From NCBI GenBank assembly GCA_965178125.1, contig OZ237738.1, positions 1,550,001 through 1,614,000 on the forward strand: a DNA stretch of 64,000 nt, read 5' to 3'. A program made the position numbers and the translations under genes. Below, one piece after another: positions 24,701-38,168 of the stretch. This DNA is from Bilabrum cf. latius. Taxonomy: Eukaryota. The notes under the pieces were generated by a model that was given only the letters and a program-made list of their open reading frames with translations, was not told the DNA's origin and did no database searches. Position 1 is the stretch's first letter. Each line of letters opens with the position of its first letter.

Positions 24701-26489
24701 TAGCGCACACGCCGGAGGCCGCTAGCGTGCTATGGCTGTTGGGCAGCGAGTTCAGCCAGCGGACCTTGCCGCTTCCCCACCCCGCATCCGTATACCTGGG
24801 AGCTCGATGCGGTCCCAGGGAGGAGGCAGGCCAGCGCGATCCAACACGGAGCTGCCACCGCAGCGCGCTCAGTCGGTGCAGCTGACCGTAGAGCCCACAC
24901 TAGTGGATGGACGGCCCACCAACGACTGGCGAGCCCACCACGGATCACATGATGGTCAGCTGGCGAGCAACCCAGCCACGAAGGCTCTCAAGAAGACCTA
25001 CAGTGGAAAGAAGCGCAAGAAGCGGGCGGCCATGGTCGTGACCCTGGCCGAGATGCAGACGGTCGGTCTGGAGCTGGCAGCATGGGTCAGGGAGCCATAC
25101 CGCCTATGGTTCGAGGGGTTCTATCTATTCCTCAAAGCGCTCATAGCTGTGCTGGCCACCATAATCCCATCCAGGGTGGGTGGCGTGCTTGTGGCATCTC
25201 TGGTGTTGCTCACGACAAGGCTAGTCATTACGCATTGGCGACCCTTCTACTAGCGGAGGTCCATGCTGGCGTTTGTGGTGAGCTCAATCGGGCTGGTAGC
25301 TGTGTCTGTGCTTGTGTTAGCCACAGAGGCCGTCAAGCAGGTGCTGGATCTGCAAGAGCTGGATAGTGGAAGCGATGCTGAGCGGGAGGCCTTCGCCGTG
25401 ATGAACGCCCAGTGGCTTCGAGACACGGCGTATGGGCTGGCCGCCGCCCCTGCCCCGATCCTGCTGTACCTCGCTGGGAAGCAGATCCTGGAGGCCTTCG
25501 GCTGCATCCATGTGGACGAGGCAGAGATCGAGAGGGAGGAGAGGGAGGGGAAGAGACTGACTCTGCAGGCTGCCAAGCTGAGGCAGCAGGCCGTGCGGCA
25601 TGCTGTGGAGCAAGAGGCGCAGCTGCATGGCGATGTCACAGGCGGTGGTTCGCCTCATGCTGGTGGCCAGACCAGAGAGGGAGTCGAGGGTGGAGTGCCG
25701 GGCACAAGGCCAGCGCGGCCTGCCATTGGGCTGCTGCTCCCGCCCGTGACACCCGCCAGCCGGACCGCCAGCGAGGGCTCCAGCCAGTACAGCGCAAGCC
25801 ACAGCAGACGCGCCAGCACTGATTTCAACGAGTGGGACGGCGGGTCTCTCAGCGACGACGGGCGGGGCAGCGTGTCGGACAGCATGTCCCTGTCTGCCTC
25901 CACCCCGAACCCGAGGAACAGGATGATCCTGTCTAGGCGGGTGCGCCGCATGTCCACCCTCAGCGACACTAGGCGATCGGCTCGCATGTCCGAGTACGAC
26001 GCCTCCCAGCGCACCGTTGTGGATGGGGAACACGACCAGGAGGAGCACGAGCAGGTGCTCCAGCATGGTGGTGCAGGCAGTGGCGGCGGCAGCTCGTCCA
26101 TGGAGAAGAGCGGGGGGGGCGGGAGGGAGGGGGCATCTCCAGTGCAGGAGGTGGTGCTGGCCAGCAGCGACATGGAAAGAGAGGGGGTTCTCTTGCCTCA
26201 GGGTGCCACCCCGCCCCCCTTGACCCCTGCCGGCATGGATGCCCCTTCCCCCTCTCGAGTGGGCCTCCTGAGAGTGGAAATGCAGGGGGAACTGGACCCA
26301 CCGCCGGCCCCTGTCTCCAACCTGGTTCTGGTTGGAGGTCAGCCGGAGTCAAGGCGCTCCTCGAGCGGGAGCGTGTCGCGAGGCGGCGCGGGGGAAAGGC
26401 ACCTGAGGCGGAATGGGTCTAGTGAGGGCGGCAGCGTGCTGCCGACTGTCCGGTCTGCCAAAGCGTTGCAGTACTTTAGGGGAACATGA
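18754..26489 (+). CDS. Receptor-like protein A, ~2520 aa: two PstS/PBP2-like domains, Cys-rich repeats, multi-TM domain; intron 18898-19067; 9 in-frame TAG
   Basis: Eight ORF fragments lie in one frame separated only by TAG. PstS-like DFAGS, ADIFEGRLSRWND..LQALNP, VRTTSSGKT, TPGAIGYI, AWPLVGYTY; a second copy IAGILSGNVTHWDD..CWPITST; CRRCVAGTF..CDECPRGAVCPGG; several hydrophobic segments. Ends at TGA. Start could be 18694. Confidence 0.8.
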
Positions 26490-26669
26490 ATTGAATTGAT
26501 AGGCCACTACCCTAGTTTCTGCGTATTTGCTTGAAGCCAATCCGACGCTGCGACCACTCTGTCGCTGCTAGCCTGGTGCAGGTGTGGTCGCGACCAAAAT
26601 ACTCGTCACACCTTCAAGAAGCACAACCGACACAAGCAGAGAGATTTCAGTGCCCGCATACACAGCACC

Positions 26670-28862
26670 ATGGATAGCCTGAGTCCCGGCAACAGGGACC
26701 ATTTATTGACATAGATGGCCCTTTTGGACAAAGAATCGAAGGCTCGCCCACCTCCTCCGCCGCGAGACAGCCATGGTCGAACTCCTCGCCAACAGAAACA
26801 AGGTGAGCACCTGCTTCGATGGCTTCTCCATGTGCCGTCTACGTGCCTCGTGTTGGCACGTCCTAAGCTATTCAAATTAATATTTTAGCAAAGACCGTTC
26901 CCGTGCGGCGCAGCAACTACGGGATACCATTCGAGTCCGTACCGCGATTCTAGCCGCAAATAGATTATGCCGCTGTCACCCTGGGATGATGAGGCAGATC
27001 CCATACCGTAGGAGTATTAGCCAAATTTGTTAACCACAAGCAGTGCAAGTGGGGCTCCGACTCCACCTTCGAAACAGAAATTGCCGCAGTCGTTGCGAGA
27101 GTGCCACGCACTGCTGATTGAGCAACGTCGCCAGATTCAAGAACAAAATACCATATCTCGCGAACTTAGGGACCGTTTGCAGGCAGCTGAGCAAGAGGTC
27201 AGCGCGCTGAGGCTGCAAGGCAAGGTCGCAGAATCGCAGCAAAGCGAAGGAATGGCTGCTCTTCAGGAGGACAACCGCAGGCTCGAACTCGAGGTCCAAG
27301 CCCTCAGGACCGAGAAAAAAGAACTGCTGCAGCGTGCTCTACAGAGCTCTCGTCGCGCGCGGCAAGCCACTGCTCAGATGGCCAAGGCGGCATCGAGCTC
27401 CTTCGCCCAAACCATCGAAGCAGCTGCTTCCGCCCGAGCGGACGCCCGGGAGCGAGACCGCGCCTTCGGGTTCCTGCCAGAGGACGAGGAAGCACTAGCG
27501 CAGGATAGTCCCGCCAGCTGGGGCGAGAGGGGCGGCACCACGAGCGGCCTGCCCCGCGGCTCGCAGGGCCGGGCAGGTCAGGGCGGGGTGGGTGGTGCAC
27601 CGGTGGCTGGGTCTGGGTCTGCCAGTGGGGAGGACGTCGTGGCAGAGCAGGTGCGGCGGAGGGCCAGAGAGGCGGCCGATGCTCTGTTGGCATCGTCCAC
27701 CACGCTGCGGCAACGCCGGGCGGGCAGGCTAGGGGCAGATATTGCTGCGGGGCAGCGGCTGGCTCGGGAGCAGGAGGGCATGCAGCAGCTCCCCGGGGCC
27801 ATCTCAGTGGCCGGGACCGTGCCAGCGTCTGCCCAGGATAGGATCGCGGCCAGGAGCCGGAGCCAGGCAGGGGAAGGCGCATCGCAGGAGGGCGGCAGGA
27901 CGTCAGGCCCCTCGATGGTGCCACCGCTGGCTGACCACCTCAAGAGCCCAGCGGGGCTGAGGCCCTCTGCCTCGGCGAGGACAGCGGCCATGGCCAGAAG
28001 AAGCAGGTATGACGGCGCATTCCCGCCGACTCCATCCCCTGCCGTGCTGCAGCCAGGGTATGGAGGGTTCTAGTCTCCGCGAGGAGGTCCCGGGGGTGCG
28101 GGGGGCGGCTATGGAGGAGGGTATGGAGGCAGCGGCAGTGGGTACGGAGGCATGCAAGGGAGCAGGGGTCTATCCAGGCATCCGCTGCGTGACTATCCCT
28201 CCGGCACCTTTCGCGCGAGCAGGGGCAGCGGCAGGCCCATGGGAGGTACGAGGCCGGGGACAGGGAGGGCAGGGACTGGGGCCCCGCCCGGGCTGGGGGA
28301 TGCGGGACGAGGCCGCTCTAGGGGAGGCAGCGTGCAGAGCCCCCCGGGGCCACAGGGCATTGCGCTGGACCAGCTGGTGCCCGTGACGTTCGATGGGGTG
28401 CCCGTGTCTGCGCCCTACCACGAGCAGCCCTTTATGTGGTGTGCCATGCAGGGGATCAAGGCTATCAAGCACTGCGGGTGGCCGGGCAAGCCGCACGAGA
28501 AAATCTTCTTTTTGGATTTTTCCGACCTGCAGAACCCCTGCCTGAGGTGGAGCTCTCCGCCCACGGCCTCTATCGAGGGCAGCAAGGAAGTGAGTCTGTT
28601 CTCCATCGACGAGGTGTCCAAGGGCTTCGTCTCGCCCAAGCTGGAGAGGTATGGCAACGAGGGGCTGGAGGGGCTATACTTGGTCTTCCGATGCGACCAG
28701 GGGCAGCGCACACTTGACCTGGAGTTGGAGCAGGAGGCGGACAGGGACTGGTTCTACAAGGGGTTCAACGCGATGCTGGCGGCGTACGCGGGGCTGCTGC
28801 AAAGAGGACAGCTGGATGGGCAAGTAGTAGACAGGATACGGGCCGAGGTGGACGGGAAGTGA
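26670..28862 (+). CDS. Coiled-coil, low-complexity protein with C-terminal PH domain (PLC-PH/Mcp5-PH-like); probable intron 26803-26913
   Basis: 27027..28073 and 28152..28862 join across a TAG. C-terminal GIKAIKH..KPHEKIFFL..LRWSS..SIDEVSKG..RTLDLE..DRDWFYKGF resembles a PH fold. The 5' exon is inferred from GTGAGC...CGCAG in matching phase. Confidence 0.7.
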
Positions 28863-29086
28863 CGGCCGAAGTTGCTGCCCGTTTGCATCGAAATTGACCT
28901 AGGCGTTTTGTATGTTGGATTCCAGCCATCAAAGCCAGCATTGCCTACGATAGTAAACCGCGCGCTGCCCCCTCCGCAGGGGGCTGCAACAGCATGGATG
29001 TGCAATCTTGCATTTGTCAAGTCAAGAATCATCAGGAGAGACTGAGCTGAACAGTCAAACTATCTTTTCCTTGCCATGTTTTCGTT

Positions 29087-32000
29087 TCATTGTCCCTAAT
29101 TGTCACCCACAGCCGGCAAATCATTGGAGTTTGCCCATGCAAGCGATGGCCTTCTGACCCGATGCTGGCCCCCAGCTTCATCTTTACTGCGACCATGTTC
29201 AAAAGATGGAACTGAAGTAGGAGGAGGCATCTCATGAAACTCGATGGGCCCGTCCGTGGCGTTACTAGAGTCTGAATAGTGAGGCGATCGGTCGGGCTTC
29301 GACCCGCTCCGCATGCTAAATCCGCTGGCGACCGAGGCCCCGTCATCCAGCTGCGACATGCGGCGCACCCCAGCCCGTGTCAAACCACTTGCGTACGACC
29401 TGTTATCATCTGAGCCATTCCGCGACCCCAACCCTCCTGTGTTGATGCCTTTGCTGCTGCCCTGCGAAGACCTCCCCCACTTGGACTAGCCCTCGGACAC
29501 GCGGCTCCCCATTGTGTCTACGCTGTGGATGCTCTGCATGCTGCTCGATGACAGGCGACGCGCAAACGCCAAGCCAACGTGCTTGCTTCGAAGTCGGCGA
29601 ATCTAGCCGATTGGGGGCGCATGCCCATGCCCGGTGCTGTGCTGTTGCTAGTCCTGCGACTCTATGGCCCGCGCCTTCTGCCTGAGCTTCTCGGCCTTCT
29701 CGGCAACCTTGGCTTCCCGCCTGGCTGCCCTCTCCTCGGATGCCTCGTCCACATGGATGCAGCCGAGCACTTCTAAGACCTGCTTCCCAGCGAGATACAG
29801 CAGGATCGGGGCGGGGGCGGCGGCCAGCCCATACGCCGTGTCTCGCAGCCACTGGGCGTTCATCACAGCGACGGCTTCTCGCTCTGCGCTGCTTCCACTG
29901 TCCAACTCCTGCAGGTCGAGCACCTGCTTGACGGCCTCGTTTGCAAGCATCAGCATGGACACAGCTACTAGACTGACGGAACTCACCACGAACGCCAGCA
30001 TTGACCTGGGCTGGTAGAACGGCTGCCAGTGCGTGATGAGTAGCCTTGTTGTGAGCAGCACCATAGATGCAGCCAACACGCCTCCTACTCTTGACGGAAT
30101 GGTGGTTGCCAGCATTGCAATGAGGGCTTTGAGGAATAGATAGAATCCCTCGAACCACAGGCGGTAGGGATCTTTGACCCATGCGCCCAGCGCGTTGCCC
30201 ATCGACTGCATGTCGGCTAGAGACACGATTGTAACAGGCTAGCGCTTCTTCTTACTCTTCTTGCCCGTTTGTGACGGCAATCCCACGCTCATATCTACTA
30301 CGCCATTTGATGCCTGTCCTCCGCGGTGTCGCTAAGAGCTCCAGGCCGGTGACCGCAGGCCGGAAGTGCTGGTGACCGCAACCCTAGATTCAGCAGGCCA
30401 CTGCCTCACCGCTTTCGGTACGCGCCGCCCAGCTACTTCCCCAGATGAGGACCGTGTGCGCGCGTTGGTGCGGCCATTTACTTTTGCAGTGGTCTCAGTC
30501 TCCGCAAACGAGCCCCTACTCGACTGAGACATGGTCCTCGTCAGATTCAGCGACCCACCATCGTCCAGAATACTAGGTTCTACCTGGCCGACCACATCTT
30601 CTTCATCCTGCATCGGGGCGCTATTCTACACGGGGGAGCCAACACCTGCATCGAGGCCCCCGTGCGGGCCTAGCAGTCCTGATGCCACACTCGAGGAGTC
30701 GTGCTCGTACTTCTGGCCCTCCCGTGCCTGTTCTACCTGCGAGGCAGTCGGCAAGTTCAATGCTGGTACCGCCACTGCATTCGCCTCTGCTCTAGAGCCA
30801 GAATACGGTAAGATTGCCCGACTAGCAGCCCGACCCCTAGGTTTCCCCTTTCTCCTTCCTTTTCGTCGCGCCTTCAGCGCGAGCAGCCGGAAAGGATCTC
30901 CGTTCGTTGCCACCAGCTCGTCACCCGGCAAACCCTTACCCCTGCCCGTGTGCAGCCTGTACCATTTCTGCCTGACCATGCCACCGCAGCAGCACGGACC
31001 CACGCCCCGTATCCTGGACAGCGCCACCTTGGTCTTCATGATGGTCCTGGCCATCCAAAAACTCGCACCCTGGAAGCGACCCACCCGTATAGCCGTCTCG
31101 CCGCCCAGCTAGTTGTACATGACAATAATTAGGACGGCAGGTAGAAAAGCACCAAAAATTGCGATGACAAAGGCGGATAGTCCAGCAGCCAGGTGGTGCG
31201 ACTCGCTGTCGCAGTCAATCCCGGGGGACGTCCTCATGAGCCGCTGTCCCGCCACCACCTTGCAGTCCAGCACCGACAGAGCCGAAAGCACAATTGGCAT
31301 GTATGCGATCAGGAACATCCGCCAGGAGCCCCACAGGTATTTCTGCAGGAAGTCCATGTCGATGTCCGTGCCAAGAGTGGCCCAGCCAGTGGCGAGCTCG
31401 CCCACCCCAGTGTTGAGCTCGAGGTCACGTGTGGCAATCACCTCAACAGCAGGGGATGCTGCGGGCCCACCTTCCTCGTCTTGGAGGCTACCAGCTCCTA
31501 CATTTCCTGAAGCATCCTAGTCATGCAGGTCCAGCGACCTGTTGCTGCCGAGGCTGTTGGACGCGCTGTAGGATCCGTGCTCTGCAATGTGCCTAGCAGC
31601 ACGGCAGCAGCCACCGGTCCCGCAAAAAACCCGGGCCATGATCTCTGCACAGCCAGCGCTCACAACGGCTGCATCCACTCTAGCTTTGGCCATGTCGTGG
31701 CTCGGACAGCAGTAGAATATTGCAATCTTGAGCGACTTTCGGCTGCCCATCTCGACGAGCAGCATCACTGGCATCATTCCCAAGGCAAAGGAGCCCAGTA
31801 GTCCCTGGGAGATTGGGGCCAGGTACTCGCTGTTGGGGCCAAGTAGACAGGCCATTGCATGCAGGGTACCCGGCATCTCGTCAGATACACCGAAGAGCGA
31901 GGGGATGCTAGCAATGGAGCCATTCACCCCCTAGAGCAGCAGAAGGGCTACCTAAAAATGACCAACCAATACCTTGAATAAACCGGAATGTCCCACGGGC

Positions 32001-35000
32001 CCCATCTGCAAAAGCAGACAATTGAGAATCGCACACATTACCACTAGCGCAGAAGCCACAAGCCACTGCCGCCGTCGCATGGTGACCGAGTCGCACGTCT
32101 CAAAGCAACGCCCACCAAACGTCCGGTGTCCCGGAGCACACCTGCCGCAGATGGGGGATGCGATATCCCGGGTAGCAGCACATCGAGACGTGCTGTTGAT
32201 CGAACAGCCCCGGAAGTTACCATGAGCATCAGGGCTCTCGCAGCAGGCACCGGCAGGGCACGGATACAGCCCGAGGATATCGTCAGGGTCCTGCCAGTAC
32301 GTCGGCCGTGCCAGCACCTGGTCGCCTCCGGGACACACCGCGCCCCGGGGACACTCATCGCACGATGCCTGGCCCGGCAGGATGAATGTGCCTGCCACGC
32401 ACCTTCGACAAAGGCTGGAGCTGATCCGCTCTTCGCCCGCCTGGCACTGCACCACCGGACGAGCCATTGGCTGGTCCCCGCACAGCAGGTCCAAATCCAG
32501 CGACCGCTCGATCGCAGCGCGAGCTCGCTCAGGCAAGGCGCCGAGGCCGATGGAACGCACAATCCGCTCCGTGGCGGTCACTGTCAGTCCGAACTTGACC
32601 TGGTCAGCGGCACGCTGGCCGCGGTCACACGGAGGCAGCAGCGGCAGCAGGTTGCCAGCTCCAGTCCGCGCCTCATAGCTATCCGGGTCCGTGCGGTAGT
32701 CCCTGAGTCCTTCCGAGATCACGGCCGAGGACGACGTGTCAGCCACATCGGCGCTGGCATATCTCCTGGGCAGCACCGCCACGTAGGTCGAGGTGATGGG
32801 CCAGCAGCCCACGGCCACCTGCTGCTCGAGAGAGGCCGCACCCAGGTTCACCTGCAGCGAGCTCTCGTTGAAGGCCTACGGGGAGGCATCGAAGCACGCC
32901 TCGATGGACGCGCTGCACAGCGGCATGCGGGCCATGCCTGGGGGAGCTGTTGCACGGGGATCTGGCGAGCTGCATCTGTCTGCCACTCGCGAAGCGCCCG
33001 CGGATTCGTTGACACGTGCCAGGAACTGGCCCACCCTGCCCGGGCTGGGGAGCGAGATGGTGTCCACCAGCAAGCCGCCCTCGGTGGCTGACAAGATGCT
33101 CTTCGCGGCCGCAATCGTTGATGCCCTGATGAATCGATCCGGATACACATCCTCGAACAGATCAAGCGGCGCTTCTGGGTCCAGCTGTCGCTCAGCTGCA
33201 AAGCTAGGCACCTCCACAGCCAGTTTGCTAGCCACCGCCTGCAATGTATAAGATGGGAACGGCGGCAAGATCACGGTGATGGGCACATGCGGGAGCAGTC
33301 CTGCAGCCCACGGGTTGTCCGCCTGCACCAGCAAGTCATCCCAATGAGTCACATCGCCCGACAGGATACCGGCGATCGTCGTCCAGCTGAATGCAAGATC
33401 CGGTGCATCCTCCGCATCGCTGTCTGGGTGCACAGTGCTCCAGTCCCTGGCCGCGTCAAGCGTGTCCAGGGTGTACTCCACAGCTTTCCCAGCCACTGCC
33501 AACGGCATGACCATGTACTCGAAGACATGATGCGGGTCAAGCCCCTTGGGGTCCTGCTGCCAGGGCATGTCTGGCAGTGACACGGTGCCCTCCATATACA
33601 CCGTATCTGCAAGAGGGTCTTCCACCGTACTCAGCATGTCATTCGACTCGCTCCAGTCCTGCTGAGTGATCGACCCGTTGGCTCCTGTGGCCGTCTGCAG
33701 CATGAAACCGCCTCCGCCACTTCTCTCCCGAATGCTCTTGAATGCCTCCAGCGCGACACTGCCGATCGCACCCGGCCCGCTGCCACCGCACGTCTTCACG
33801 GCGGCTGTCACCGGATCCACTTGTGGTAGCACAGCCTGTACCGCCGATGCCATGGCCGATGCGTTGGCCAGTCTCACGCCAGGAGGCAGCCCCAGACTGG
33901 AGACCAGCCCTGCATCGGGACTCGCGCTGCCGTCCACCACCAGCTGAGCAGCCAAATCCACGCAGCCCGCCCACGTCGCAATCACGTTGCCGGGATCAAG
34001 CCCCGCACCGTGACCAGACTAGTCCTGGCCTGACGACGACAGCTGCCGAAGCATCCAGCCCGCATATCCGGCCACGCGAGGATGTGGCAGTGCCCGCTCG
34101 AGTCGCAGCAGCCGCCCAGTATCCCCATGCTGCTTCAGCCGCCTGCTCTCAGACGGAGCCAAGCGCACGCCATTCAGCACAGACCCAGACTCCTGCTCCT
34201 GGCCAGGTGCCGCAATCTCAACGGCGGTGGCCAGAGGCGTGTCTCCAGGATTCATCACAGCCCTCCCGAACCGCACCAGATTCACGTACGTCGTCAGGTC
34301 CTCCGATGCAGTGCCCACAATGCCCTGCACCCCCGTGCGCTCGAACAGGGGCAGGCCCCCGCAGAACAGACCCCCCCGCAGACGCTCCTCCACGATGCCG
34401 CGCACGAACGGGGTCACCGGCACAAACCCACGGCTGCGGATGGCTACATTCACGGCCTCGCTGCTGTACATCCACAGCCAGAACTTGGCTGCCTCCAGCT
34501 TGGGCCTGCACAGCTCCCGCAGCCGCGCCGCCCCCTCCTCCCCCTGCCCCTGCAGCTCCCTCGACAAAGCAAGCTCACCAGCCAGCGAGTCCTCGTGCCC
34601 CAGCCTCACGGCTTCCTGCCTCAGGCTGCGGCTCCTCTCCATGGCCCATACGATGTACGTGTACCCTGCCAAAGGCCACGCGAACACAGACTCGGCTCCC
34701 AGCAAAGAGGCCGTCAGCCGCTCGTCGAAGCGGGCGCCCCGCTCCATGAGCGTGAAGGTCACGCCCTCCGCGGTGCTGTCCACCACGCGGCCTCCTCGAT
34801 TCAGCAGCAGCGCGCTGGTCATGCCTCGCTCCACAGCCTCATCTGCAGCGATATACCCGATGGCCCCAGGCGTCCCCACCACCACGTCAGCCACGCCAGA
34901 CGTGCCCCGTGCCCGCACCAGCCGCGTGGTTGCGTACTCCCCTGGCGGCAGAGGCCCTGCCCCCACTGCGCTCCCATTGGCGGCCCCGGGCAGAGCGAAT

Positions 35001-35806
35001 GTTGTGTTTCCTTCCGGCCACGCAGGAAGCGACAGGGTGGCATCCTCCGAGACATCGATGGCGGATGCGATGAAGGAAGCCGACGAATGCGCGAGGAAGG
35101 AGGCGAAAATCTCCGTCGTCCCGCTGCTTCGCTTTCGAACTGCCCTGATGATGGCCAGATCGGGGAGTCGCGAAGCAACGTGCGGGTTCAGCTGCTTGAT
35201 TCTCTCGTCGTTCCATTTGGCGATCCGCCCTTCGAATATGTCAGCGACCAAGGGCCCAGAGAGCACCAAGCGGTCCCCGACGTCGACCCCTGGCGCAACA
35301 TTCGGGACCTCTGGAGCACCAGAACTCAATGAATTAGTAGCAGGAAGGTCCAATGTATACACAAGAACAACTGCAGCGGCGAGGGCTGGAGCCGCTTGCA
35401 GATCGCTCTGGGCTTCGTACTCGGTTTCTCGCACCCGATCGCTCCCTGCGAAATCCACGGAGTTTGCCATGATGGCTCTGACCCCCGAGCTGGATCCAAT
35501 GGCATCGTATGATAGTGACTGCGATGGATAGGGGCTTATCTCTCATTTTTTCAAATTTGGCTGAATACCATGAGGGGCTTGTCGCGACACAGCCACTGAA
35601 TTGACCTTGTTTTAGCACCAACTCACCACTTCTATATTATTTAAGGAGTAGTATCTAATTGCATCATTGTACGCCCTATAAGGTAGGCCTGCACCTGCTC
35701 CCAACACCTTAATGGTTTGTTCTGAACTAACAGCGGTGCTGAGCAGAAGGAATGCTCCTTGCAGTACCGCGAGCGCAATACCAACGCTTGGCAAGATATT
35801 TTTCAT
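29087..35806 (-). CDS. Receptor-like protein B, ~2200 aa, paralog of A; intron 35519-35626
   Basis: Signal peptide, then PstS-like LGAGAGLPY, YDAIGSSSGV, VDFAGSD, LVLSGPLVADIFEGRIAKWND, VRKRSSGTT, GAIGYI. All fragments are in one frame broken only by TAG. Intron is at the same position as in A. Ends at TGA. Confidence 0.82.
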
Positions 35807-36110
35807 GATGAAATCGTTTAGTTACCAGGTAGTCTCCCTCGAACACCCGAGTCAGGAAGAGAAGACACAGTCCACAGATGCTTTAGCGTCTAGGCGTTAA
35901 TTCAAGCCGTGTACAAGTGGTAGCCGATTCTGCGGGATCTGTAAACCCCTACTCTCAAAACATAAATGGATATAGTAAACACCCGCAGTGGCAGGTCCGC
36001 ACGATTGAATTCCAGAAGCGCCAAGGTACTAAAAGTGATCGATCCAGCATTGCGACCACGACCGCACTTCGTGGTCGCAGTATGATTCCGAGCTTTCTTA
36101 GACACAAAAA

Positions 36111-37929
36111 TCACTCTGACGTTCTAGGCGCAGCTTCAGCAGCCTCTCCGTCGCTAGAATCCAGCGTAGTGCCCAGTTCCGTACCGTGCTCGGCCTGCCT
36201 GGCGGTGGTGCCAGCCAGATCACCTGCCTTTGGTAGCCTGTCCAAAACGTTTTCAGCAAGTCCCGTGGAAGATGCTCCATCCTGCGATGGAATCTCCTTA
36301 GCCCCCTTTTCTCCCGCCTTGATACTCCCGCCTCCCTGTCCCCCACTCCTGGGCCTCACCGCCAGGATGAGCGCCCTCTGCATACGGTCCCACCTCTGGA
36401 ACTAGCCGTCATATGACGACTCCTCTGCCCATGCGACACCCACCAGCACAACCATGAGTAACAGTCCTATTCCCAGCACCACTAGGCTCTCCGCCCACCC
36501 GGGCTCGCCCTACTCTGAGTCGGCTCGGAGACCGGCGCTGGCTGCCACCACTGGCCCCAGCAGGCTGGCCGCACTGAAGCAGACGTGCATCAGCGCGGCC
36601 CATGCCACCAGGGGCCACGGTGACGGCTCCTTGTACACCGTGTACCTGTGCCACGGGATCCTTGAAGGGGGCCTCGAGGTGGAGCACCCGCAGCACCCTG
36701 CGCTACTGCAGCCATCACCCCTGCCCCTGCCGGTGTTACCGTGCTCCCCATCCCGGCCAGCAGCACCATCGCCCTCCCATGCATCCTCCTGCAGCAGCTC
36801 ATCCTGCTCCCTCGTCCACACCGGCAGTTCCTCCTCCCCAACTTCCCCCCTGTAGCCCCTCCCCGCGCCCTATTGGCCCCCTACCCCACCGCCATCGCCC
36901 CAGCAGCAGCAGCCCGCCCACACGCAGCTGCACGTGACCCACGAGGCCCACCCCGCGCGTCCATTTGCCTCCAAAGCGGCCTCTTTGTAAGCCCTCTGGT
37001 GCCTCCCCAGCACCACCTTCGCCACCCCATCGAACTGCGTCCTGGCGCGGTACACCACCAGCAGAGCGCTCCTGACGCTGTCCGCTCGCAGCCAGGCCAG
37101 GGCCACCACGGCGGAGCAGGCCATGTGCACGGGGACTCCTACCAAAACCCGAGCGGCTGCTGTCCACGCTGCTGCCTTCCAGCCGCTGGCAGCTGCCTAC
37201 ACCGCGCTGAAGAGCAGCGCCTCGCCGAGCCCGAATCCAAGGGCAGCTGCCATGAGGCCGTGAGGGCGAGCCAAAGGCAAATAGAGCAGCTGCTTCCTAC
37301 CAAGACGCTATAAAGCCCTTCTCTTTGCTTCGCTGGGAAGCAAGGAAGAGGACGACGCAGTCGAAGACGGTTGTAAATCTGCTTTTTCGGCCGCCGGGAG
37401 CAACACCCACCTAGCCACAATGGCAGCAAGCAACTTGACGGGTTCCTCAATCACACCTGCGAGCACATATCGCAAATTATTAAGTTGGGGTGTTGGTATG
37501 CTTTTGAATAGGAAGATTCCGGTGGTGCCAGGATTTGAAGCATGCACACAAATCCTCACCAGCAGCCAAGACAGATACTACAAGTACAGCCACCGCAGAA
37601 CCCATACTACCATCCAGCGTGAAAGCATGTGATACACTATCTGCTCCGAATACGCGCTAAACAGCCCACGCAGTGAACCCTTCAGCCAATGTAGCTATCG
37701 GGAAGGCGAATAGCACGCCGAAGCAGAAAGAGGTTAGGCTCAGCTTTACAATCGCAGACAGGTGCGCTTCCGCACTAGGTATATAAGTAGATTGATGTAG
37801 CCAAATAAATGCCGGAATGATGGGCACTAGCGATAAAGCGGCAGCCGCTCCTCGGCTTGGTTCTATGGCAGCAAGCCACACCAGAACTGCCAGAGACGTG
37901 ACAGAAATTGTTGCCAGACACCCATACAT
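36111..37929 (-). CDS. PrsW-like intramembrane protease family protein; intron 37457-37559
   Basis: With TAG read-through: multiple TM segments and ordered motifs AGVIEEPVK, ALGFGLGEAL, RVLVGVPVHM, AALMHVCF, matching the PrsW EExxK / FxxxE / H / H pattern. Confidence 0.68.
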
Positions 37930-38168
37930 AATATATTCGCCATTCTAAGATAACAATGGCTACTCTAGATTACGCTATCGGGCTTTCATGACTGAACAGA
38001 TGACCGGTCTTTGTCGGGTTTAGCGCTGGCTATCGGTTTTGTTGCGTCTGTTTTAAACGGATTATCCGATATAATATATTCGCGCAAGATAGACTAGTCT
38101 AGGACGCTCTCCCAATATTGGACACTGAAATCATTGCTTTATACGCAAGGTGAAGCCTGATGATAAAG

